From Eledone cirrhosa (taxonomy: Eukaryota): 64,000 nt of DNA. Of this stretch, positions 1 through 11,134 are shown in pieces. Position 1 is the first letter of the stretch, and the number at the start of each line of letters is the position of its first letter. The notes under the pieces were generated by a model, which worked only from the letters and a program-made list of their open reading frames with translations, ran no database searches and was not told the DNA's origin. Made by a program: the position numbers and the translations under genes. Location of the stretch: the NCBI GenBank assembly GCA_964016885.1, contig OZ024740.1:212846001-212910000 (forward strand), in the 5' to 3' direction.

Positions 1-534
1 AGAGTGAGAACATTTTTCACGAAAACTGTTTTAAAAATTAAAATGGGGATTAAATGGAAAATTGAGTGAAAGTTACGTGAATATCTTCAGAATAGTGATT
101 GAAATAAATGGCGATTTATTCTCTCTCTTTCACTCAATCTCTATCTCTTGGTCTCTCTCTTAACAAAGCCAGTGAAGTTCATGATGTTTTCTTGGTAACA
201 AACAAATAACGTACATAATTCCTGTCTATTTTTCGTATAGCTCCGGCGTGAGTTATTTTCAATAAATTAATAATATGGCGGTTTGGTGTCATCGTGGTTC
301 ATTTAGATATATTCATTTAGATATATTCATTTTCTGCGTGATCAAGGAACTATCATATCATCATCATCTTATTGAACACTCACTTACCTGCACACATGCA
401 ACCTCTGGTCACATTGTGTCACACAACAGTGACCACACGATACAGCAAGCTACAAGTGAGCACGCTCGCAACAAACGAATCAATACCACAACACAATCAA
501 CTACCAGCACGATCATCCAAATAATCTACTAATA

Positions 535-729
535 TATAATTGTTTCTACTTTTGGCACAAGGCCATCAATCATCCCAGTGCATTTCTGGTACTTTATTTT
601 ATCGACCCCGTAAGGATGAAAGGCAAAGTTAAACTAGTCGGGATTTGAACTCAGACCGTAAAGGGACATAACTCTATGCTGCAAAGCATGGCGTCCGACC
701 CTCTACCGATACTGGCAATCCACCGCCTT
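535..729 (-). mobile_element. tRNA-derived SINE (Meta-domain-like core), full copy
   Basis: Minus strand reads GGCGGTGGATTGCCAG..GAGTTCAAATCC (A/B-box-like), core TTTGCCTTTCATCCTTACGGGGTCGATAAAATAAAGTACCAG and tail CCAAAAGTAGAAACAATTA. Same family recurs at 2530, 5828, 5913, 32620, 34787 and 61314. Confidence 0.85.
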
Positions 730-1298
730 TATAATCTATAATATATAATGCTCTCGTGTTTTTGTACGTCACGCAAAGAGAGGTAACTCATCTGTTTCAG
801 TATTTGAATATGAATACATACATATACATAAACATATACATTATACAAAATAATGATTACATACACACACATCTATGTGATGAGTGTGGAAGGAAGAGGA
901 CTGTGACAAACTATAGAAAACAGAGAACAGCGTTCGCTACACCTGTGTTACTCATACATATAAATGTATATACACACACACATACTCACACACATATGTG
1001 TGTGCATGTGATGGTTATTTTCTCTGAGTCTGTTTATGTGTATGATTGTGTAGATGTGTGTGTATGTAATAATTATTTTTAACTATCGTTCTTAGATTGG
1101 CTACACCTTTGTGAGTGTGTATGTGTATGTGAGTGTTTGTGTGTGAGTGTTTGTGTGGATGTGTTGTCCAAGGAGCCAAGTCTCTAACAATATCGAAATA
1201 AATTAGAATTATCAAGAATATAAAACGTCCGCAGTTGAAAGGTGTATACAAATACACATCTACCCTTTAGCACGGCACAGGGCCAGATAGCCGTTATA

Positions 1299-2490
1299 TC
1301 TTAACTATAATAAAGTAAGGAGTGCGGGACTGCGTACGGTTTATTTCTTTTTATCCCGTTTGTAAAATAAGTTGGATTACTTTGAATAAATAATGAATGA
1401 ATATTACATAATTTATGTACTAAATTTTTATTAAATTTAATATAAATGATTTTATTGCTTATTTAAAATTGACTTCTTTTCAAAATTTCAAATTTCTACA
1501 CTTCTGGTATATCGCCGCCACGCCCACCACTTCAACTACCATATATATAGAAAGAGAGAGTGTGTGAGGAGAGAGATACAGATAGAGCGATTACGATTTT
1601 CAGCACGCTGACGCATATGTATATGTACATACATTTATATGTATGAGTATATAACTATTATGAGTATATAACTATAATCGCGCAAACACAAACTTATAAA
1701 ACTTATACACGCTCAAGAACATACATTCACACAAATACACATATTTTCACACACATACATTTAAACAAACACACACATACAAACATGATAGCAGCGTTCG
1801 ATGAATTGGAAATGGGAGGGTAAAACAAGTATAACGTTCTACTTATTTATTAACAACACAGTTTAACTCTTTTTTTAAAACTCATTTGTATAAACATCTA
1901 AACTATAATAAAGTAAGGTCTGCGGGACTGCGTACGGTTTATTTCTTTTAATCCAGTTAGTAAAATAAGTTGGATTACTTTGAATAAATAATGAATGAAT
2001 ATTACGTAATTTACGCCCTAAATTTCGAAACTAAATTTCGTAACTATAAATAATTTAAAATTGACTTCTTTTCAAATTTTCATTCACATTTCTACACTTC
2101 CGGTGTATCGTTGCCACCACCACCACTTCAACTACCATATATATAGAAAGAGAGAGTGTGTGATGAGAGAGATAGAGAGATTATGATTTTCTACACGCTG
2201 ACGCGTATGAGTGTGCACATACATACAACTATATGTTTGAGTATATAACTATTATGAGTATATAAGTATAATCGCGCAAACACAAACTTATAAAAATAGA
2301 CGCTCACGGACATTCACGCAAATACACATACTTTCACACATACTTTCACACAAACATACACACATTTACATAAACACACACACATACATTCATGATAGCA
2401 GCGTTCGGTGAATTGGAAAACAAGTATAACGTTTTATTTATTCATTAACTCTTTATTTATTTATTAACTCTTTTTTTAAAAACTCATTTA
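1299..2490 (+). repeat. Tandem duplication, 2 x ~600 bp
   Basis: Both units begin TC(T/A)-AACTATAATAAAGTAAGG..GCGGGACTGCGTACGG (1299, 1897) and align along their length. Confidence 0.9.
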
Positions 2491-2529
2491 ATATAATGGT
2501 TACAGAACGAAAACACTAACAAATATAAT

Positions 2530-2707
2530 TGTTTCTACTTTTGGCACAAGGCCAGCAATTATCCCAGTGTATTACTGGTACTTTATTTTATCGGCCCCGT
2601 AAGGATGAAAGGCAAAGTTAACCTCGACGGGATTTGAACTCAGACCGTAAAGAACGTAACTATGTTGTAAAGTATGGCGTCCGACCTTCTACTGATACTG
2701 CCTATTC
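2530..2707 (-). mobile_element. tRNA-derived SINE, 5'-truncated
   Basis: Same core as 535-729. Flanked by AATATAAT at 2522-2529 and 2708-2715 (TSD); the empty site is seen in the duplicate at ~4317. Confidence 0.85.
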
Positions 2708-2828
2708 AATATAATATATACAAATGAAAGGGAAAGGAAAAAAAACGAGAAAAATACACAAGCAGGTAATACACACATCTTAGACCACATAGAACAAAAT
2801 GCAGGCGAAAGAGTGGACAAACGAGCCA

Positions 2829-3320
2829 CTAGCAGAGCAAAATATAGCAATATAGCGAGGAGCACTGGGAAACCTCTCTAATAATTTCTGAGGAAGCCAG
2901 CACGCTCGCAGCGTTACCTGGGGTGATGGCGACGCTGAGGTACTGGAACAACCAAGTGCCCTCACAAGCATCACCAGTTACCTCTGTTTGGTGAACCACC
3001 AGTGAAGATAAGAACATCACTGTCAGTAGCCCGACTCCCCCAAACGTCTCGAACGCCACAGGCTGGATAATGTAGTTAGCGGAGAGAACACGGTATTTTA
3101 GGATGTTGTTCCGTTCAGCTGCGGAAGCTGTAGCTCTCGCCCTTACCGCTGTATCCAGGATATGGGAAGAAGCAAAAGAGTCACTAACTGTGACGTCCCA
3201 GGTAAGACACCTGCCTCTTGACCAGGAGCACAGAGTAAGACCGTCAAGTCTTTTCCCATCAATTCAGGACAACCCAGACGGTTCCAAAATTGAGGGGATG
3301 TTTGCTCGGGCCAAAGTTCT
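2829..3320 (-). pseudogene. C-terminal restriction-like endonuclease (RLE) fragment of a CRE-like non-LTR retrotransposon
   Basis: Reads GKRLDGLTL.SWSRGRCLTWDVTV..KY..PVAFETFG..WLFQYLSVAITPGNAASVL, a degenerate RPDG/WDVT/ET.G/RGNA RLE signature. Confidence 0.75.
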
Positions 3321-3489
3321 TAAGTGGTAATAGGACAGTGTGTGTATGTGCGCGCGCGTGATTTTGTCGGCGTTCTTAAATTAGAGACACGTGTATGTGT
3401 CACTGTTTTTAAATTATACATATATATATATGTGTATCCCTTTCCTTCCTTTTACACACACATACATTCACACAAACACACATACATAT

Positions 3490-4180
3490 CGCGTGATGGA
3501 CGGGTGGACAGAAGTCCCTCAAATTTATATACATGTGAAAGGAGTTCTAATGAAGAAGTTCGAGAAATGTAAGTATCTTGGAACCGTGTTCATGAGTGAT
3601 GGAAGGCAGGGGGCTTAATTAAGTGCAAGAATTGCAAAAGCTGATGCAGTAATGCGCCAGCCTCAGCATTCAGCAATCAGATGAAGGGGGGGGGGGGGGT
3701 AGGTGTAAAAGCCAAACTCGCTGTCTTCCTGGTATTCCTGCCAACTCTTACCGGGGATCATGACTCTTGAGTAATGACCAAAATAATACAATTGCAAATA
3801 AAAGCGGCAGAAATGGGATTCCTCCGAAGGGTCCTTGGAGTAACGTTACTCGATAAAGTGCATAGTTCAGGGACCAGAGAGTCACTCCTGGTAGAGCCGC
3901 TACTTCTCCGAATTGAGAGATCACAACTTCGATATTATGACCATGTGGCTAGAATGTCTCAGTAAAGAATCGCTGGACAGATTTTACAGGCAAAACCAAC
4001 CGGCAAGAGACCCAGGGGTAGACTCTGAGCAAGATAGTTGGATAACAACCATGAGCTTGGCTGGTTACGCTTTAGGATCCAGCTGGATCAGTTAGAGATG
4101 TTTGCTACTGACAGACTTGCTGGAAGGAGTGTTTGAGAAGGACTCTGCCCCCACGACCCTCTCAGAAATAAGTGGGTGAA
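3490..4180 (+). pseudogene. RTE-clade LINE RT thumb/C-terminal fragment
   Basis: KCKYLGTVFMSDG and IKAAEMGFLRRVLGVTLLDKV..VEPLLLRIERSQLRYYDHVARM. A deleted duplicate lies at ~5150-5630. Confidence 0.75.
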
Positions 4181-4452
4181 GAAGAAGATATTGTCAATTT
4201 ACTTTTCAATTTACATATATCTATATGCATATATATTTGCGTATAATACCAATATGCACACTACATATGCTAGCAGAAAACCACATGAAGGGCGGTTTGG
4301 AACGAAAACACTGACAAATATAATATATACAAAGGAAAGGGAAAAAGAAAAAAAGAAAGAGCCAAAAATACACAAACACGTAATACACACATCTTAGACC
4401 ACATAGCCCACATAGAACAAAATGCAGGCGAAAGGGCTGGACAAACGAGCCG

Positions 4453-4940
4453 CTACCAGAGCAAAAGATAACAATATAGCGAGGAGCACTGGGAAACCTC
4501 TCTATTAATTTTTGAGGAAGCCAGCACGCTTGCAGCGTTACCCGAGGTGATGGCGAGGCTGAGGTGCTGGAACAACCAAGTGCCCTCACGAGCATCACCA
4601 GTTACCTCTGTTTGTCGAGCCGCCAATGAAGATAAGAACCTCGCTGTCAGTAGCCCGACTCCCCCAAACATCTTGAACGTCACAGGCTGGATAATGTAGT
4701 TAACTGACAGAACGCGGTATTTTAGGATTTTGTTCTGTTCAGCTGTGGATGCTGTAGCTCTCGCCCTACCGCTGCATCCGGGATGTGGGAAGAAGCAAAA
4801 GAGTCACTAACTGTGACGTCCCAGGTAAGGCACCTGCCTCTTGACCAGGAGCACAGAGTAAGACCGTCAAGTCTTTTCCCATCTGGACAACCCAGACGGT
4901 TCCAAATTTGAGGGGATGTTTGCTCGGGCCAAAGCTCCTA
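4453..4940 (-). pseudogene. Duplicate CRE-like RLE fragment
   Basis: Near-identical to 2829-3320 (WLFQHLSLAITSGNAASVL). Confidence 0.75.
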
Positions 4941-5827
4941 AGTGTTAATAGGACAGTGAGTGTATGTGCGCGCGCGTGATTTTGTCGGCGTTCTTAAATT
5001 AGAGACATGTGTGTGTGTGTGTGTATGTGTGTGTGTGTATGTGTGTGGGGGGGGGGGCACTGATTGTAAGTTAGAGACATATATGTGTGTGTATCACTTT
5101 CCCTCCTTTTACATGCACATACATTCACACAAACACACATACACATTGTGTGATGGACGGGTGGACAGAAGTCCCTCAAATTTATATACATGTGAATGGA
5201 GTTCTACTGAAGCAGTTAGAGAAGTTCAAGAATCTCGGAGCCGTGTTCGTGAGTGATGGAAGGCAGGAGGCTGAATTAAGTGTAACAATTGCAAAAGCTG
5301 GTGCAGTAATGCGGCAGCTTCAGCATTCAGCAATCAGAAGAAGAGGGTAGGTGTAAAAGCCAAATTCGCTGTCTTCCTGGTATTCCTGATAGTTGAGAGA
5401 TCACCACTCCGATATTATGAGCATGTGGTTAGAATGTCTCAGTAGAGAATCGCTGGACACATTTTACAGGCAAAATCAACCGGCAAGAGACCCAGAGATA
5501 GACCCCGAGCAAGATAGTTGGATAACATCCATGAGCTTGGCTGGTCACGCTTTGGGATCCAGCTGGATTAGCTGGAGATGTTTGAGAAGGACTCTGCCCC
5601 ACGACCCTCTCAGAAATAAGTGGGCGAAGAAGAAGATATTATCAATTTACTTTTCAATTTACATATATATATTTGCGTATAATACCAATATGCACACTAC
5701 ATATGCCAGTAGAAAACCACCCGCGGGCGGTTGTTCTGCTAGTAATGTCTAATGTTGAACTATTTCATTTAAATGGTAGCGTTGTTTGAATCTGTTCTTT
5801 TTACAAACGTACCTATCATGTAAACAT

Positions 5828-6112
5828 TATTACGGGGTCGATAAAATAAAGTACCAGTAATGCTCTGGTTAATTGCTGGCCTTATGCCAAACGTAGAAAC
5901 AATTATTAATTTCAAGGGCGGTGGATTGGCAGCATCGGTAGAGGGTCGGACGAAATGCTTTGCAGCATAGTGTTACAGCCCGTTACGGTCTGAGTTCAAA
6001 TCCCGCCGAGGTTAACTTTGCCTTTTATCCTTACAGGGTCGATAAAATAAAGTACCAGTAATGCACTGGGATAATTGCTGGCCTTGTGCCAAAAGTAGAA
6101 ACAATTATTAAT
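5828..6112 (+). mobile_element. SINE 3' half (5828-5911) followed by a full SINE (5913-6112)
   Basis: Same family as 535-729, plus strand; GGGTCGATAAAATAAAGTACCAG..AGAAACAATTATTAATTTCAA occurs twice in tandem. Confidence 0.85.
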
Positions 6113-6389
6113 TTCAACAAAAACATTTTGGCTAAAAGCAGCAATAATAACAAATATGTTTGCTTCTATGCAGTTGCTTGACCTGTTGTAAATAGCAGCC
6201 AAATTTATTTTGGTCACATCTTGAATAGAGAAAGGACTCTTTGGGTTTAATGCCAAGATGTGACCTAAAGAACTTCTTTTCATTTTAGTATACTATATTT
6301 CTTTTCGGAACTGAAAGGGGGCGTGTTCCGAAAAGAAATATATATTTGTATTGAGAGATCCAAGTTTCAGTTTAACATTTTATTCGTAA

Positions 6390-7558
6390 TCACACCTAAC
6401 ACGTGTTTCGTGAATCTATTATATATATATATAGCTCTGGTTTATCCAAACTATTGAGCCCTTTGCCACGAATTTCGAAGATTGTGTTTCGTTATTTCGT
6501 GAGCCGAAATTCCGATTCTCGATAATTTATTTGTATTTATCTCCAGTCTTTAGCTATTGACCAGTTAATTTTATTGATTTTTTAGTTGATCTTATTGACT
6601 GATAAATAGCTCATGTTAATTTTAACCCGTCTGTTGAGAACTCTAATTCGATATGTGATATTTTGTATTTTTACAAATATATACACTGCCGAATTCATTC
6701 GAATAATTTAAGGAAAGTGAAGAATAAGAGCTTATGGAGGATAAGTATCTGAAAGTGAGTTAAGTTTATATGAGCTGGAAAGCAAGTGTGATTTCATGTG
6801 TGGGCAACTGGTGAAAATTTCTGTTTTTGTATTTAGGCAGGTTTTTGGTGATTTAAGGTTTTGTAAAATCCAATATTTTTCACTTATGCAGAGTGTGCAG
6901 CTTCTTGTTCCTCTTGCATATTATTTAGATTGGTTCAAAATTGACCAATCCAATTTATATTGGATACCTTGGTCTTTCAAATCCCATATTCTGCTAGCCA
7001 GAGCTGTTTTGAATCTTTTTTCTGGATGTCGGAAAGATGCGACATGTGAGTAATAACGCGTTTTGAATTTGTTTTGTGTCATACACACATATCGTTCGCT
7101 GGTAGCTGGTTGGTTGTTGCTGATGGTTGTCACTTTAGCCGCATATACAATGGCTTTGGTGTTCCATTTACCTTGTAATGGGCATTCAATTTTGACTCTA
7201 CAGGAGCAATTTTGATGTTCTCTGGGTGATTTCTTATTGATGATATAAGATTTAATAGGGGGACCGCAGGAGTAGCTAATTTTGACACAGTTTCTATTGA
7301 ATTTATAATAGTATCTATGTGTTCTAGGGAAATGTTTATCTAAGAGCTCTAGGAATTTTTTGCCTACATTAGTTTTAACTGCTAGAGAGTAGGGGGTGTG
7401 AACCAGATTATTTTTCTTTTCCTATTATTATGTTTAAAAGAGTTAGTATTGTTGGGTATGTACTTAATCGGTTCGCTAAATCCGGTATTTTGAAGGGCTT
7501 TATTATAGTAGGGGGATGCCTTATTGAAAATAGCTTCTGAGGAAGAGAGGGTGGAGAT

Positions 7559-7560
<2 letters not shown>
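6390..7560 (-). mobile_element. Penelope-like element, 3' part (RT linker + GIY-YIG endonuclease), decayed
   Basis: RKRKIIWFTPP..KTNVGKKFLELLDKHFP..KISYSC, then YAAKV..RYVCMTQNKFKTRYYSH..LDWSIL..CTLCISEK (degenerate GIY-YIG). Flanked by (TA)n. Confidence 0.75.
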
Positions 7561-7595
<35 letters not shown>

Positions 7596-7600
<5 letters not shown>

Positions 7601-7710
7601 CTTGATCACCTTGACCGACCAGTCTGTCGGGCGCCCATCGGCGCCGCTGGTCACAGCACGTGCTATTTTAGCCATACGATGACGCCATCCCACTTGCTGG
7701 GTGGGCAGGC

Positions 7711-7713
<3 letters not shown>
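7596..7713 (-). mobile_element. Extreme 3' end of a LINE (RTE-like) inserted in (TA)n
   Basis: GC-rich island ending in a short tandem tail (TCAAGGTGA)2 on the minus strand, flanked by (TA)n on both sides. Confidence 0.45.
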
Positions 7714-7740
<27 letters not shown>

Positions 7741-7744
<4 letters not shown>

Positions 7745-8151
7745 CAGGAAAGAAGATTGACATGGTTTGCTATACAAAAAAAGGTTTTTAATCTCATTGC
7801 TGACAATTGTTTCTCTGAACTGGTATGTCTAGAGATCGCTATCCGCTTGTTTTCACGTTACTCGATCGCCAATACAAAATTATAACCAGTCAGTTCTGTT
7901 ATTATTGTTCTAACTGAATGCCATTACTACTTCATATAGTAACCTGTATATTCCTTTCATGCCTGTATATCCTCTTCATTCTCGCTTGCTCCGAAGAACT
8001 GACTGGTTATAATTTTGTATTGGCGATCGAGTAACGTGAAAACAAGCGGATAACGATCTCTAGACCTACCAGTTCAGAGAAACAATTGTCAGCAATGAGA
8101 TTAAAAACCTTTTTTTGTATAGCAAACCATGTCAATCTTCTTTCCTGATTT
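7741..8151. repeat. 157-bp inverted repeat with ~97-bp spacer
   Basis: 7741-7897 is the reverse complement of 7995-8151, with only two mismatches seen. Confidence 0.95.
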
Positions 8152-8320
8152 ATTATTACTCCAAGTGTTTACAACATAGGAATTACAGCATACTCGCAAC
8201 ATCACTATGAAAACGTCTTGTTGAGTCAAACCAAGCCAAGCGTTGATATCATCCACTACCCGGAATACCATAACTGGACTACACCTAAGTGGACTGCATA
8301 TAACTATTATTTGTTATCCC

Positions 8321-8373
<53 letters not shown>

Positions 8374-9593
8374 CATACATACATATTAAGAAGCACAATA
8401 TTCCCAAATAATGCATCAATACTTTTATTCCCATAGTTCAATTTTCTTTTACTAAAATATATTAAGAAGAAATTTAAGAAATTCTTACATAGGCTCCTAT
8501 AAGTTTAAACTTAATCTTTTCTACAAATTCCTGGCCTGTAAATAATATAAAAATAATTATTGAAATACAATACATAATATTGATATATTTAAATATTAAA
8601 TATTTAAATAAAAATGAGATCTACATTAAAATTACATTTTTCACATCAGTTTCCCTCTAATGGGTTTGTCTTTGTAAAGTACCATTGAGTAGAACTGGCA
8701 TGAATAATGGTGTTTGGAATTATTTCTGGGCAAGAATGTCAAAGTAAATTGTAGAAGATTCCATCCTGATATAATTACTGGTAAAAAACGTTGATATGTC
8801 ATATTCAGTTAAACTTAACTGAAAACCATATATAAATAACTAATTCTAACTTTAACTTGATAAACTCTAAACAAAAATAATATCAAAACATTAGTTTCAG
8901 TACAAATAATAACAGAAACATATCTATGGCTTAATGGACATTTTATATATTTCTACTTTGATTCCTACTTTGGACTATTGCTTTCTTCATGTTCACTCTA
9001 AACCAGAACATTTGGTTTATTTGAAACATTAATAAGATTCTTTAATCTCTTTATGAACTCAATACTACATTTATATAAAACACAGCTGACTTATCCCACA
9101 TCAACAATAACACTTTATTAAAACATATGAATTAAACAAAAACATCTAATAATGTGGAAAATGCAATTTTAAAATAAAAGAAATGTAAAATTATAATGAA
9201 AATTATAAGAAATGAAATATAACTTACGTTGAAATTTCAATATTATAATTGCAACAAATAATATTGTTACAAATATAACAAAACTCCTACGCAGCTTCTG
9301 AAGTGATACCATTTTATCCAATGAAGAAAACTTTAGCTGAAAATAGTCATCAGATCTTTATTAAACCATATTATATCATTAAGAGAAAATGACATTGAAG
9401 ATAACATAGTCCTTGACAACTTCCGCTGAAAATATACATTTAAAAGGAAGGTGACATTAAGCACTTTCTTTATACTTATATATATACATACATATATTCT
9501 CAGCGCTTCAAAAGCCAAAAATTCAGCTTCGTACATAATATATATTCTAGGAAAAAAACCAAATCATTAACATACAGAGCGGTAGCTGGCCCA

Positions 9594-9775
9594 GCAACAA
9601 TTAGAAATTTGTGTTGGAGCTCTAAAATAGCGATACGTACATTCATATGAACATACGTATTGTATATTTAATAATATACTGTATGTTTATTTAAAATATT
9701 TTGAAGGCTATTTAAAATATTTTGAACACTATGAATTTATGGTAGACATCACTACAACAAATTTCTAATTGTTGC
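9594..9775. mobile_element. Small MITE-like element
   Basis: 19-bp inverted repeat GCAACAATTAGAAATTTGT (9594-9612) / ACAAATTTCTAATTGTTGC (9757-9775) around an AT-rich interior. Confidence 0.4.
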
Positions 9776-9789
9776 CTCCCGTACTTTAA

Positions 9790-10740
9790 AGTTGTTATCG
9801 GCTTTTCGCAACACTCCACCTAAGTGAACGAGAGCCGCAACAAAACGTCGAGGTAAGCACTAAAGTCCATTCAGCTATCCGGCCCGCCGCTGTCCGCGAA
9901 GAGCCGAGCGAAGTGATGCTGAAAAGCCGAACACATTTTCCCGGGATCGAGTAACATGCACCCGCTGTGGACCTCCCTGTCTATGAAGCCTATCTAAGTC
10001 GATTACACAAATCACAAATTTGTGGTCCGTGTAGTTGACTATCTTGAATTGTGGGCAACCTATGCTAGAACTATCTACTTCTTTCCAAAACACCCTATCT
10101 ACGTACGATCTGGATGACCCATGAGGTTTATTCATGTCCACATTGGCACATTCGGGAAATCCAGTCGGTACCTGTCAGAAAGTTGGAAACGTCTGAACAG
10201 GTTTGCGAGGTTTAAAGAGCCACTAGCCTGAAAGCATCGCCTTTGCTTCTGTTCACGTCCAGCACCACCGGCTTACCTTCTGGGTCCAGGCCTTTCCGAA
10301 ACAACAGTGCTACTCCGCCTCCCGATCCCGGCCGGCTTGAAGATGCGTACACATCGTAACCGTCGAAGACTGGTGCGAAGGCTTGTGCCTCGGAAATTCT
10401 TGCTGATGGCCACCACATCTATGTTTATTGACCTGAGGTCATTGAGCAGGTGGCCCTGCTTCCATGATGATACCAGGCTACGTGCATTTACACTGCCTAT
10501 TCTGAGTAAGGCAATGTTGAAAAAGAGTGGGAAAATGGGGAAAGACCACTTCCCACAGTTCTTGTGGAGGAAGGACGGTTCTTCCGTCGTTCTGACTGGT
10601 TGTGGCCCTCTCCTGAATGATGTCTTTGTACATCCCCCTGGAAAGCGTTTGCTGGAAATCTTCGATGTCATTGAGGAATTTTTCTTTTAGGGTTGTATGG
10701 GTTTTCTGTGAGATAAGTGTTATTTATATGTGTGTAGGTG
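9790..10740 (-). mobile_element. Tx1-type L1 LINE fragment (ORF1 end + deleted APE endonuclease + linker)
   Basis: LRIGSVNARSL..GHLLNDLRS..GGGVALLF..FRLVA..SRSYVDR..YTDHKFV; homologous to 58430-59500. Confidence 0.85.
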
Positions 10741-10795
10741 AACAATACTAATAATAATATGGACTAGGTGTCAAATTTTCATATATATATAGAGA

Positions 10796-10825
10796 GAGAT
10801 AGATCGATAGATCGATCGATCGATC

Positions 10826-10900
<75 letters not shown>
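10796..10900. repeat. (AGAT)n microsatellite abutting the LINE 3' end
   Basis: Long AGAT tract, with a few ATCG variants, directly joined to TTCTTTATT (AATAAA on the minus strand). Confidence 0.95.
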
Positions 10901-11134
10901 TTCTTTATTAGCCACAAGGGCGCAACAAGAAAAGGGGACAATACAAAGACATGCCGGGGATTTTACATACAGTCGTGTAAAAAATATAAAAACAAACACT
11001 TTCAACAATCGAAATCCCCAATAGGGGGGAGGCGCCACAAATGGGTTGTTTAATACCCCGTCGATAGAACAACCCTCAACTCCAGGAGCGTGTTGTGCAA
11101 GTGCTCCTTTCTTCCCTTTGCTCTCTTCCTCAAC

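Larger units (their letters stand above)
1299..5742 (+). mobile_element. Composite non-autonomous Helitron with internal tandem duplications and captured LINE fragments
   Basis: A|TC start at 1299, repeated at 1897. GC-rich palindrome AACCACCCGCGGGCGGTT at 5715-5732 lies 6 nt before CTAG|T (5739-5743), the canonical Helitron 3' end. Confidence 0.6.
2506..5742 (+). repeat. Tandem duplication, 2 x ~1.5-1.8 kb
   Basis: Unit 1 (~2506-4297) and unit 2 (~4300-5742) share GAACGAAAACACT.ACAAATATAAT, the RLE fragment, the RTE fragment and the 3' AACCAC..GGGCGGTT. The SINE is present only in unit 1. Confidence 0.9.

Noticed and set aside
535-729. tRNA gene suggested by A/B boxes (also 24214-24290)
   Set aside because: No complete cloverleaf; these are multicopy SINE heads with core and tail.
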